From Vermiphilus sp. (GTDB taxonomy: Bacteria; Ratteibacteria; UBA8468; B48-G9; DTJG01): 47,498 nucleotides of DNA. The DNA lies in assembly GCA_020722805.1 (NCBI GenBank), contig DYKA01000002.1, positions 1-47,498 of the forward strand, written 5' to 3'. The position numbers were made by a program, and so were the translations under genes. The notes below the pieces were generated by a model that was not told where the DNA came from, made no database searches, and saw only the letters and a list, made by a program, of their open reading frames with translations. Below, in pieces: positions 1 to 8,379 of the stretch. Within the stretch, counting starts at the first letter, position 1. Each line of letters opens with the position of its first letter.

Positions 1-2
1 TT

Positions 3-143
3 GTGTCAGAAGAAACACAAAAACAGATTTCTGAACTTATAAAACAATCATTTTCACTTCGTAGAGAATCAAAAGAACTAATAGAGAAAGCAAAAAAAGA
101 AATTGAGCAATTTATTGAGAAAGAAAACCAAACCCTCCACTGA
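3..143 (+). CDS. 3-prime end of a CDS entering from upstream of the window; helical C-terminus resembling the tail of restriction-modification specificity (HsdS-like) proteins
   Basis: The frame is open from the window edge to TGA 141-143: VSEETQKQISELIKQSFSLRRESKELIEKAKKEIEQFIEKENQTLH*. It encodes a charged helical tail. The family call is by resemblance only. Confidence 0.3.
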   Translation: MSEETQKQISELIKQSFSLRRESKELIEKAKKEIEQFIEKENQTLH

Positions 144-253
144 CCAGCGATTTTGATTAAACGTATTTGATCAGAGATGGCAAGTTTATAGATAGTGTGT
201 TCGTCCATCTGTAGATATTCTGAAACCTTTTTGTATTGGATAATAGATTTCAT
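134..253 (-). pseudogene. excisionase/MerR-type helix-turn-helix (HTH_17-like) small ORF, probably a remnant
   Basis: ATG at 253 (minus): MKSIIQYKKVSEYLQMDEHTIYKLAISDQIRLIKIAGQWR. This follows the HTH_17 pattern (..V.EYL......TIY........I...KI.GQWR). After QWR the frame continues antisense through the 3..143 CDS with no stop before the window edge. The native C-terminus therefore appears lost. Confidence 0.3.
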
Positions 254-495
254 TTTTGAATTTCAGAGAAGTGGTTTGAAAGTTGTCTAATAATGGGAGC
301 CCCAAAAGATAATCTTCTATGCTTGTTATTATCTTTTGGATGTCCTTTCTGACTTTACTTTTAGCGCTCCATCTTATCTTCTTTGAAAAATGGGCGTGAT
401 ATTTTAGAGAATGCCCCGCTTTTTAATACAAATCCACCCGGTCAATATATCAAAAGATAATAATTGTGTGATTATGTGGTCTCTAAGGTTACATT

Positions 496-523
496 TTGAC
501 TGATAAAAAAAAACAGGTAAAAT
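496..523 (+). promoter_or_regulatory. sigma70-like promoter candidate for the GHKL ATPase pair
   Basis: TTGACT (496-501), 16-nt spacer, TAAAAT (518-523), about 64 nt upstream of ATG 587. Confidence 0.35.
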
Positions 524-586
524 TGAGAATGGCAATTTATTTCTGGATGTTGCTAATAAAAAGAAAATTTGTAAGGACATATATTT

Positions 587-2119
587 ATGGGAGAGACAAG
601 AGTAAATTTGAGACATCTTCTTGAAGATATACGAGATGCATATCCATTTCCGCCAGAGGAAGCAATTATCACTGAACTTGTAGCAAATTCCCTTGATTCA
701 AAAGCATCCCGCATAGAATTTTGCGTTGAACCGGAGTCCAGAAAATTGTGTATCATAGATAATGGAAACGGAATGACAGAAAAAGACCTTGAAGATTACC
801 ATGACATAGCCACAACAACAAAAGCCAAAGGAAAAGGAATTGGCTTTGCTGGAATTGGCGCAAAATTAGCACTTCTGTATGCAGATGAGGTTATCACTGA
901 AACAAAAAGAAATACGGTTCACAGGGCAACAAAATGGAAACTTAAAACAGACCGCAGTGCAATATGGGATTACACAGCTCCCCTGAATTTTGTATCTTCA
1001 GGCAGCGGAACTGCTGTCTTGATTATTTTTTCAGATTCTGGTTCGCTTCTGACTGACCCTGAGTTCGTTACCAGGACAATAAAGAAACATTTCAGTCCGC
1101 TTCTCAATCAGAAGTTTCTGGATAAAATCCTCAGATACGTTTACAGGGAAGGTGTCTCGTTTTTCATCAATGGACAGCAGATTCAACCAGCAGTGGACGA
1201 TACAGATGTGAAGGACTTCTGGGTATATCTCAGAAGAAGGCAAAATCCGATTGGTTTCGGTTTTATGAAGAAATCCGATAGTGAATATCCAGAAGAAGAA
1301 AGGGGAATTGCCATATCAACCTACGGCAAGGTAATCAAAAGAGGCTGGGACTGGCTCGGCATATCCCCGAGAAATCCCGCTCAAATAACAGGGATTGTGG
1401 AATTACCCGCAATATCCGAAATCCTGACCACGAATAAGGCAGATTTTCTGAAGGACATAAGAAGTTTAACCAAATACTATGGCTACAGAAAAGCCATACT
1501 CTCGTCAATTGAGCAGATACTAAAAGAACTTGGCGAAATATCAGGTAATCGGGAGAAGCCAGAGAAAAATCTTAAGCCCATTGAAAGAGAAATTGAAAAA
1601 ATTCTTCAGAGTATGATGAATGATTTTCCGGAGATATCCGTGCTTTTCGGGAGAAGACAAAAAGCAGAACCAATAAAAGCAACAATAGATGACCCCGAAG
1701 GATACCCTTCTGGAAAAATTGCTGAGGGGAGTGATGTACTCACGGGAACCGAAGGTGGAAAGGGCGTGGGAGAAGGACTGGAAGCCGGTGAAGGTATTCT
1801 TCCTGGCGAACACATAGAGCCTGACATTAAAGGTCAGGTTAGCGGTAAAACACACGAAGGTCGCAGGAAGAATGTGGGATTAATGCTTGCTTTTGAAGAA
1901 AATGAATCAAGAAAAGAACCAGGCTGGCTTTCTGAAAATACCCTGTGGATAAACAGGGCACATCCTGCCTATAAGAGAGCAGTCCGCAATGACGCAGAGG
2001 AATACCACATTATTCTTTCAGCTGCATGGACACTATCCTGTTATATTAAAATTGAACAGGAGAATTCACCTCAGAATTTCATCAATCGCTTTTTGACTGA
2101 CTGGGGTTATAAAAAATGA
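587..2119 (+). CDS. GHKL/Bergerat-fold ATPase (HATPase_c_3, MORC/Hsp90-like N-terminal domain) with uncharacterised C-terminal domain
   Basis: ATG 587 has AAGGA about 12 nt upstream. Bergerat-fold motifs are present: N-box ELVANSLDS (aa 30-38), G1 IIDNGNGM, G2 GKGIGFAGIGAKLAL. A Gly/Glu-rich linker (TGTEGGKGVGEGLEAGEG) precedes a ~90-aa C-terminal domain (LWINRAHPAYKRAV). I recognised no histidine-kinase, GyrB or MutL C-terminal signatures. Confidence 0.85.
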   Translation: MGETRVNLRHLLEDIRDAYPFPPEEAIITELVANSLDSKASRIEFCVEPESRKLCIIDNGNGMTEKDLEDYHDIATTTKAKGKGIGFAGIGAKLALLYADEVITETKRNTVHRATKWKLKTDRSAIWDYTAPLNFVSSGSGTAVLIIFSDSGSLLTDPEFVTRTIKKHFSPLLNQKFLDKILRYVYREGVSFFINGQQIQPAVDDTDVKDFWVYLRRRQNPIGFGFMKKSDSEYPEEERGIAISTYGKVIKRGWDWLGISPRNPAQITGIVELPAISEILTTNKADFLKDIRSLTKYYGYRKAILSSIEQILKELGEISGNREKPEKNLKPIEREIEKILQSMMNDFPEISVLFGRRQKAEPIKATIDDPEGYPSGKIAEGSDVLTGTEGGKGVGEGLEAGEGILPGEHIEPDIKGQVSGKTHEGRRKNVGLMLAFEENESRKEPGWLSENTLWINRAHPAYKRAVRNDAEEYHIILSAAWTLSCYIKIEQENSPQNFINRFLTDWGYKK

Positions 2120-2562
2120 CAGGCAAATTCCCGCTTAAAATAATAAAGCAGGATAATAAATTCAGAGCAGCGACATCATTTCAGGAAATCCAGAAAAGGG
2201 CAAAACACATCAGGCAGGATCTTACTTATATTGAAAGTGACTATGAAATTCTGATGACAGCAATTCAGAAAACATTAGAACTGGCTGAAAAGGAAAATTC
2301 TAAAAGGATTGATGCAAGATTTTACTGGTTGATAGGGGATTACATTTTATCTTTTCTTAGCCGTGTTGATAGTTTAGGTTATTATCTCCTTGAACAAAAT
2401 ACCACCATCGGGAAACATCTCGGAGTTTCAAAAACAACAATTTATAGAATTCTGGTTTTGCGGAGGAAAATTGAAGCCCCTGTCTTTATTGACCCTGATG
2501 TCCCGTGGACAAAATATATTAGAAAAACATCCCGGCCTGGTAACCTGCCGTCAGTAAGTTGA
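2116..2562 (+). CDS. small helix-turn-helix protein, translationally coupled partner of the GHKL ATPase
   Basis: ATG 2116 overlaps the upstream stop (ATGA 2116-2119). The N-terminal half is helical. An HTH-like segment TTIGKHLGVSKTTIYRILVLRR lies in the C-terminal half. No family recognised. Confidence 0.6.
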   Translation: MTGKFPLKIIKQDNKFRAATSFQEIQKRAKHIRQDLTYIESDYEILMTAIQKTLELAEKENSKRIDARFYWLIGDYILSFLSRVDSLGYYLLEQNTTIGKHLGVSKTTIYRILVLRRKIEAPVFIDPDVPWTKYIRKTSRPGNLPSVS

Positions 2563-2818
2563 AATCCAGAGGAACTTGCTTTTTTTGGGCGGGCACCCTT
2601 CTGGTAGATTTCATAGCAACAATGAATTCTTAAAAGATACATCCAGCAAATCAGATTAAACTTGAAACATACGCAAAAAATACCTGGTGCATCGGGTGCA
2701 GCAATTTTGCAATATTGAACGCTATCAAAGCAGAAATTGTTCACAATGTCAGCAATCTATCAGGGCACTATATTAAAAAGGTTGATATTGGATTGAACAG
2801 GCAGGATAATAACAAAAG

Positions 2819-4705
2819 TCAAGGGGATATTTCTACTTCCACAAGGCCTCTGACACTGTTGCCAAGGAAGATTCTATCAGCATTGAGAAGTTCTTTTTCT
2901 GTTATGACTTTTTCTTCTACCTTGCCTTCCCTGATCAGGTGTTCTCTCAAAACACCCGGAAGCAATCCGGATTTAACAGCGGGCGTATATAGAATCCCTG
3001 ACTTTTCTATAAAAACATTTGAGATGCAGCCCTCTGTGATTTCACCTTTTGTGTTTTGAAAAATTATATCAAAATAGCCAGCCTTCCTTGCCTTTCTATA
3101 ACAATCATCATAAATCTTCCTTACGGTTGTTTTGTGATAAAGAAAAATGTTTTCAGGATCAATCTTTCGTCTTGAAAAGGCAGATTTTTGAATACCTGAT
3201 GTCTTTTCAGCCGGCTGGAACGACAGAGAAACTTTTCCGTCAGGGAAAAGTAGAAGTTTCACTCTATAGATGGTGTTAACTTCAAAACTATCAGTTAGTT
3301 TTTTTAGTTCGTTCGTAATTTTTTTTATGCTGAATGAGAATCTGAAGAATTTTGCACTCTTTGAAAGTCTTTTCATATGTAAATCAAACAGGAAATAATC
3401 CCTGCCAGTATAAAGCATTGTCTCAATAAGAGCCATCTTCTTTGTGCTGTTTACAAGAAACATTGCTTTCAAAAGACATTCCTTATATTCCTTGTGCGGA
3501 ACCGAATCATACACAATCCCGCCGCCGGTACCCATCATTCCTTTTTTTCCATCAATCATTATTGTCCGGATTGCGACATTAAAAACACAGTTTCTTTCAG
3601 GGCTTATAAAACCAATAGAACCTGTATAAATTTTTCTCGGGTTTTTTTCAAGTTCTGAAATAATCTGCATTGTTCTTATTTTGGGAGCGCCGGTAACAGA
3701 TGCTGAAGGAAAAAGGGACTTGAAAATTTCATAGAGCGAAACATTCTCTTTCAATTGTCCTGAAACAGTTGAAGTCATCTGGAAAAGGGTCCTGTACTTT
3801 TCTATATGAAAAAGCGGCTCAACAACTATAGAACCAGAATTACAAATGCGGCCTAAATCGTTTCTCATCATATCAACAATCATAATATTCTCTGCTCTAT
3901 CCTTGATGCTTTTTTTAAGAATCTCCGCATTTTTTTTGTCTTCACTTTCATTTGAACCACGGCCTATTGTCCCTTTCATTGGCATTGTCTTAATTTTATT
4001 TCCGGTTTTTTTGAAAAAAAGTTCAGGGGAAAAAGAAAGTATAAATCCTTTTCCATCCTTTATGAGAGCAGAGTAGGGTACTGGTTGCATTCTCCTCAGG
4101 TTCATATACATTCCATAAACAGAACCGTAGAATTCAAACCAGCACCTTATTGTATAATTGACCTGATATGTTTCTCCCTGTTCAATAAAATGCTTAATTT
4201 TTTTAATCTTTTTCCTGTATTCATTATAATGGGTATCAAACCACAACCGATTCATTCCCCAGTTTGTGTTCACATTTCCGAGCAAAAAACCGTCAGGAGC
4301 GTTTTCTGAAAATTTTCCAGATTTGTGGTCAAAGAATACATTTTGTTTGAAAAAAAGGAAAACGCACGGGTATGGAAGGTTTTCATGATAAAACCATGCA
4401 GGCTCAAGAGCAAATCCTGCTTCATAAGGAAATACACATATTGCGTAATGCCCCGTTGCTACAATTTTTTCAGCCCTGTTTATTGCATCCTTAACCTTTG
4501 AAGGGTTTTCAACCTGGATTCTTTCCAGAAGGTCAAAACAGATTACCGAAAGATAGTTTTCAGAATCACACAGTGAGCTATCAAGCAGAGCAAAACTATC
4601 ATACCTTCTCAGAAATCCGAGTACCTTTGAAACTGGCAAATCGTGATATGTCTGTTTTTTTCTTTTCATCTGAATGATTATAAAAGTGAAGAAAGAATTA
4701 CGCAA
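2819..4705 (-). CDS. pabB: aminodeoxychorismate synthase component I (PabB) fused to aminodeoxychorismate lyase / class IV aminotransferase (PabC)
   Basis: The N-terminal ~430 aa carry chorismate-binding signatures: SPELFF, MKGTIGRG, DRAENIMIVDMMRNDLGRI, GAPKIRTMQIISELE, YTGSIGF. The C-terminal ~190 aa show the class-IV aminotransferase pattern (FQNTKGEITEGCISNVFI, LLPGVLRE). The start may be M13 (4669). Confidence 0.85.
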   Translation of the reverse strand: MRNSFFTFIIIQMKRKKQTYHDLPVSKVLGFLRRYDSFALLDSSLCDSENYLSVICFDLLERIQVENPSKVKDAINRAEKIVATGHYAICVFPYEAGFALEPAWFYHENLPYPCVFLFFKQNVFFDHKSGKFSENAPDGFLLGNVNTNWGMNRLWFDTHYNEYRKKIKKIKHFIEQGETYQVNYTIRCWFEFYGSVYGMYMNLRRMQPVPYSALIKDGKGFILSFSPELFFKKTGNKIKTMPMKGTIGRGSNESEDKKNAEILKKSIKDRAENIMIVDMMRNDLGRICNSGSIVVEPLFHIEKYRTLFQMTSTVSGQLKENVSLYEIFKSLFPSASVTGAPKIRTMQIISELEKNPRKIYTGSIGFISPERNCVFNVAIRTIMIDGKKGMMGTGGGIVYDSVPHKEYKECLLKAMFLVNSTKKMALIETMLYTGRDYFLFDLHMKRLSKSAKFFRFSFSIKKITNELKKLTDSFEVNTIYRVKLLLFPDGKVSLSFQPAEKTSGIQKSAFSRRKIDPENIFLYHKTTVRKIYDDCYRKARKAGYFDIIFQNTKGEITEGCISNVFIEKSGILYTPAVKSGLLPGVLREHLIREGKVEEKVITEKELLNADRIFLGNSVRGLVEVEISP

Positions 4706-4733
4706 ATTGAAACGAAGTGGTGTCAGAGTATCT

Positions 4734-6275
4734 TTAATTGTATGTTTTCATCAATGCTTTTTTATCAACCTTTCCTGTTGGGGTTCTGGGCAAATCAGAG
4801 ACAAATTCAATTATCTTTGGTATTTCGTATCCTGCGAGATGTTGCCTGCAGAAATGGATAATTTCTTGTTTTGATGGCTCTTCTCCTGGTTTTAATATAA
4901 TGAATGCTCGCGGAATTTCTCCGTGTAGTGGATGAGGGTGCTTTACAACTGCTGCTTCGGCAATTGCCGGGTGCCGACATAAAACATCTTCAACCATTTT
5001 TGGATAAACATTCAATCCATTAACAATAATAAGGTCTTTTTTTCTGTCAACAATATAGAAATATCCTTCTTCATCCTGATAACCAAGGTCTCCTGTGCGG
5101 AACCAGTTTCCAAAAAAAGAGGCTCTTGTTTCTTTTGGCTGGTTCAGGTATTCTTTCATCACATTTTGCCCTGCCACAATTATTTCGCCAATTTTTCCTC
5201 TCGGGAGTTCCCTGCCTGTTTCATCAACTATCTTCATCTCAACACCTGGAAGTGGAAGCCCGATTGAACCGGGTTTCCTTTTTTTACCTACAGGGTTAAC
5301 AGATGTAACGGGCGAACACTCAGTCGGTCCGTCTCCTTCATAAATAATAACTCCAAATTTTTTCTCAAATTCTTCAAGAACTCTGACAGGTAGTGCCGCA
5401 CCTCCTGAGACACAAAATCTGAGTGAAGAAAAGTCCCATTGAATTTTGTCTGCGACTTTAATAAGCAGAACATACATTGCCGGAACACCAACAAATATGC
5501 TCGCTTTTGTTTCTCTTATTATGTTTATCATCTGTTCAGGATTGAATTTTGGAATAGCAACAAGACACGCCCCAAGAGCAAAGGGCAGGAGCATGCAAGT
5601 AGTTGCACCGAACGCATGAAACATTGGTAGAACAGAAATAAAGATATCACTTCTGTCCACAGGCAAAAAATTGATGATTGCATCTATGTCAAACAACAGA
5701 TTCCTGTGAGTCAGTACAACTCCTTTAGGTTTTCCTGTTGTACCAGAGGTATAAAAAATTGCTGCTGGACTTTCATTCTGGTTAACCGGCAACGGTTTGA
5801 ATGTGGTACTTTTCTCGGAAATGAGTTTTCTAAGCGAGTATGTTTCTGGATTTCTGGATTGCCCGATAACCATCTTGAATTTCAATGAATTCTGCAAACT
5901 CAAAACAGGACTCAAGATTTCCTCAAACGCTTCATAATAAATCAATCCCACTGCGCTAGAATCAGAGATAACGAAACTTATTTCTTCTGGACTTTGAAGG
6001 TAGTTTATTGCTACAACAGTTGCGCCTGCTTTCAAGATTCCAATGTAGGACGCTGCAAAAAATGGGGAATTAATGCAGCACAGGCCAATTCTATCCTCTC
6101 TTTTTATGCCTGATTCAACAAGAGCATTTGCAATCTGGTTTGAGAGTATATTAATCTGATTGTAGGAAAATTTACTTCGCTCAAAAATTACTGCAGGTCT
6201 ATTTCCATTGATTTCAAGACCCGATTGTAAAATTTCTCCCAGAGAATTGAATTTTTCCAGCAGAGACATATTCAT
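4734..6275 (-). CDS. AMP-dependent acyl-CoA synthetase/ligase (long-chain-fatty-acid--CoA ligase-like)
   Basis: AMP-binding motifs are present: YTSGTTGKPKGVVLTHRN, YEGDGPTE, FRTGDLGYQDEEGYFYIVDRKKD, and C-terminal PRTPTGKVDKK. Confidence 0.85.
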   Translation of the reverse strand: MNMSLLEKFNSLGEILQSGLEINGNRPAVIFERSKFSYNQINILSNQIANALVESGIKREDRIGLCCINSPFFAASYIGILKAGATVVAINYLQSPEEISFVISDSSAVGLIYYEAFEEILSPVLSLQNSLKFKMVIGQSRNPETYSLRKLISEKSTTFKPLPVNQNESPAAIFYTSGTTGKPKGVVLTHRNLLFDIDAIINFLPVDRSDIFISVLPMFHAFGATTCMLLPFALGACLVAIPKFNPEQMINIIRETKASIFVGVPAMYVLLIKVADKIQWDFSSLRFCVSGGAALPVRVLEEFEKKFGVIIYEGDGPTECSPVTSVNPVGKKRKPGSIGLPLPGVEMKIVDETGRELPRGKIGEIIVAGQNVMKEYLNQPKETRASFFGNWFRTGDLGYQDEEGYFYIVDRKKDLIIVNGLNVYPKMVEDVLCRHPAIAEAAVVKHPHPLHGEIPRAFIILKPGEEPSKQEIIHFCRQHLAGYEIPKIIEFVSDLPRTPTGKVDKKALMKTYN

Positions 6276-6349
6276 TTTTATCCCCGTAGTTATAATAACA
6301 TAATCGCAGGATTTTGTATGCTAAAATATTCAAAACAGAAAATAAAAGC

Positions 6350-7162
6350 ATGATCAATATAATACAGAATTTTCACCCTGTATTTCTGGCATTTCTTGCG
6401 GGTATTTTCACATGGTTGATGACTGCCATTGGTGCTGGATTTGTTTTTCTAATACGAAAGTTTCATCAGAAAACATTTGATTCAATGCTTGGATTTGCTG
6501 CTGGAGTTATGATTGCCGCAAGTTTCTGGTCTTTGCTCAATCCTGCAATTGAAATGTCAAAAAGCCTTGGTTTTTTCGCATGGTTTCCTGCTGGGACTGG
6601 TTTCTTATTCGGCACGATTGTTTTAAGAATTGTGGACAAACTTTTGCCACATCTTCACCTATGTTTTCTTGATTCTGAAAAAGAAGGACTTAAAAGTTCT
6701 TTGTCCAGAACAATGCTTCTTATCCTTGCCATTACGATTCACAATATTCCAGAGGGTCTTGCTGTTGGAGTTGCAATTGGAGCATCTTCTTTTGGTATAC
6801 CCGAGGCAACAATTGCAGGTGCACTTACTCTTGCATTGGGCATTGGCATCCAGAATCTACCTGAAGGATTTGCTGTCTCAGTTTCACTAAGAAGGGATGG
6901 TGTGCCAGGATTCAAAAGTTTCTGGTATGGTCAGCTTTCAGCAGTCGTTGAGCCGGTTTTCGCTGTAATCGGTGCTTTCGGAGTTATGTGGGCAAGATCT
7001 CTTTTGCCGTATGCAATGGGATTTGCCGCAGGAGCAATGATTTTTGTGGTCGTTGAAGAGGTTATCCCTGAATCTCAAAAAAATGGAAATACCGACATAT
7101 CCACAGCAGGTGTAATTGCCGGTTTTCTTGTAATGATGATTCTTGATGTAGCATTCAGTTAA
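6350..7162 (+). CDS. ZIP family divalent-metal transporter (ZupT-like)
   Basis: The protein is polytopic. It carries the ZIP signature HNIPEGLAVG and a second IQNLPEGFAV. The tracked ORF starts at TTG 6314; ATG 6350 (MINIIQNF) is preferred. Confidence 0.8.
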   Translation: MINIIQNFHPVFLAFLAGIFTWLMTAIGAGFVFLIRKFHQKTFDSMLGFAAGVMIAASFWSLLNPAIEMSKSLGFFAWFPAGTGFLFGTIVLRIVDKLLPHLHLCFLDSEKEGLKSSLSRTMLLILAITIHNIPEGLAVGVAIGASSFGIPEATIAGALTLALGIGIQNLPEGFAVSVSLRRDGVPGFKSFWYGQLSAVVEPVFAVIGAFGVMWARSLLPYAMGFAAGAMIFVVVEEVIPESQKNGNTDISTAGVIAGFLVMMILDVAFS

Positions 7163-7488
7163 AAAGATTTTTATTTCCCTGACGGCACAAAATGCAACAT
7201 TATTTTTTTTCAAGAAATTCATCAGTAGTGTCCAATAAAAATAAACTGGAATTTGATAAAGGAAGAATATAACAACTCGGGAAATCTTAAAAAATTTTCA
7301 CCCTTTTTGTTCTTTCACCTTTCATAACCCCCCCGATTTGTTTCCCGCTCAAACTCATCCCTTGGCATCATATTTAACATCTGACTGAATATTGTGCTAT
7401 TATCTTGCGGAAAACCTCCTTGTTTGGGGTTTTTGGTTATCACCTGCATTTTACCCTTTCCAGGAGGTTTCCCCTAAATCCTTGCCTG

Positions 7489-8379
7489 CTAAATTTTTAT
7501 TGGACAGTTGTGGACGGGGTAAGGAATACTGAAAATATCAAAGAAATGTGCAAAGAAGCCGTCTGGCTCAAGTTCAGATGCAACATAAGTATTGCTGCTT
7601 TTATCCTCAATAAAACCAGTTACACCAATCTGGTCAACAAAAATTTTCCCCTTTTTAAATCTGCACATATCTTTTTTGAATAGAACTGAAGCAGCAAGAG
7701 GATCATGAAATGTGATAATATCCCTGTTTCTGAACCAGATTTCAGCAAAATTCAAAACCTCTTTCAAAAGAAAATTTTTGCTGAAAAGTTCAACAACTTC
7801 TTTTCTTTTCATCATAACTTTTGTCGTTACATCAAGGCCGCAAACAAAAATATTTTTTGCGTTACTGGTGAATACCGAGTGGGCTGCATAAGGATCACAA
7901 CTGATATTCCATTCTGCTTTTTTTGTTTCTCCAAAAAACATTCCACCCATTATGTAAATTGCCTTCAAAAACAATGGCAACTCAGGATCTATCTTAAAAA
8001 GTGTTCCGATGTTTGTAAGCGGACCTATCGTAATAAGGTTTATTTCTCCAGGATTTTTTCTAATTGTTTTTGCCAGGAAACAAAACCAGTCCTTTTCAAA
8101 AGACCTTTCAAATCCGATGCTCTCCAGATATTCAAATTGGGCAACTGTTTTTTGTTTCTGCTGCCCGATCAAAGGTTCGCTCATTCCTGGATAGACAGGT
8201 ATGTTTTTCTTTGCTTTTTCACAGAGGTAATCTGTTATCATTGCTCTTCTTTCAGGATGTCCACTAACTGTTGTAATACCGATGATCTCGCAATCAGGAT
8301 GAGAAAGGAGATATGCAAGGCATATTGCATCGTCAATGTCAGAACCAATATCAGTATCAAGTACGACTTTCTCTTTCAT
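7489..8379 (-). CDS. nucleoside hydrolase (inosine-uridine preferring, IUNH family)
   Basis: The N-terminal Ca/ribose-binding motif VLDTDIGSDIDDAICLAYLL is present, as are downstream ITTVSG and LTNIG elements. The preferred start is MKEKVV (8379), which overlaps the macro-domain gene by 23 nt. Confidence 0.85.
   Translation of the reverse strand: MKEKVVLDTDIGSDIDDAICLAYLLSHPDCEIIGITTVSGHPERRAMITDYLCEKAKKNIPVYPGMSEPLIGQQKQKTVAQFEYLESIGFERSFEKDWFCFLAKTIRKNPGEINLITIGPLTNIGTLFKIDPELPLFLKAIYIMGGMFFGETKKAEWNISCDPYAAHSVFTSNAKNIFVCGLDVTTKVMMKRKEVVELFSKNFLLKEVLNFAEIWFRNRDIITFHDPLAASVLFKKDMCRFKKGKIFVDQIGVTGFIEDKSSNTYVASELEPDGFFAHFFDIFSIPYPVHNCPIKI

Noticed and set aside
2685-2700. Sigma54-like element TGGTGC-N6-GTGCA with correct GG/GC spacing
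   Set aside because: It lies between two convergent gene ends (2562 and 2819), so there is no downstream gene on that strand to serve. The hexamers deviate from TGGCAC/TTGCA.
7409-7473. Long-range inverted repeat GGAAAACCTCC ... GGAGGTTTCCC downstream of the nucleoside hydrolase gene, considered as an ncRNA or terminator
   Set aside because: The stem is imperfect, the loop is ~43 nt and there is no T-tract. It has no resemblance to any RNA family I can recall (tmRNA, SRP, RNase P, 6S motifs searched by eye) and there are no other copies.
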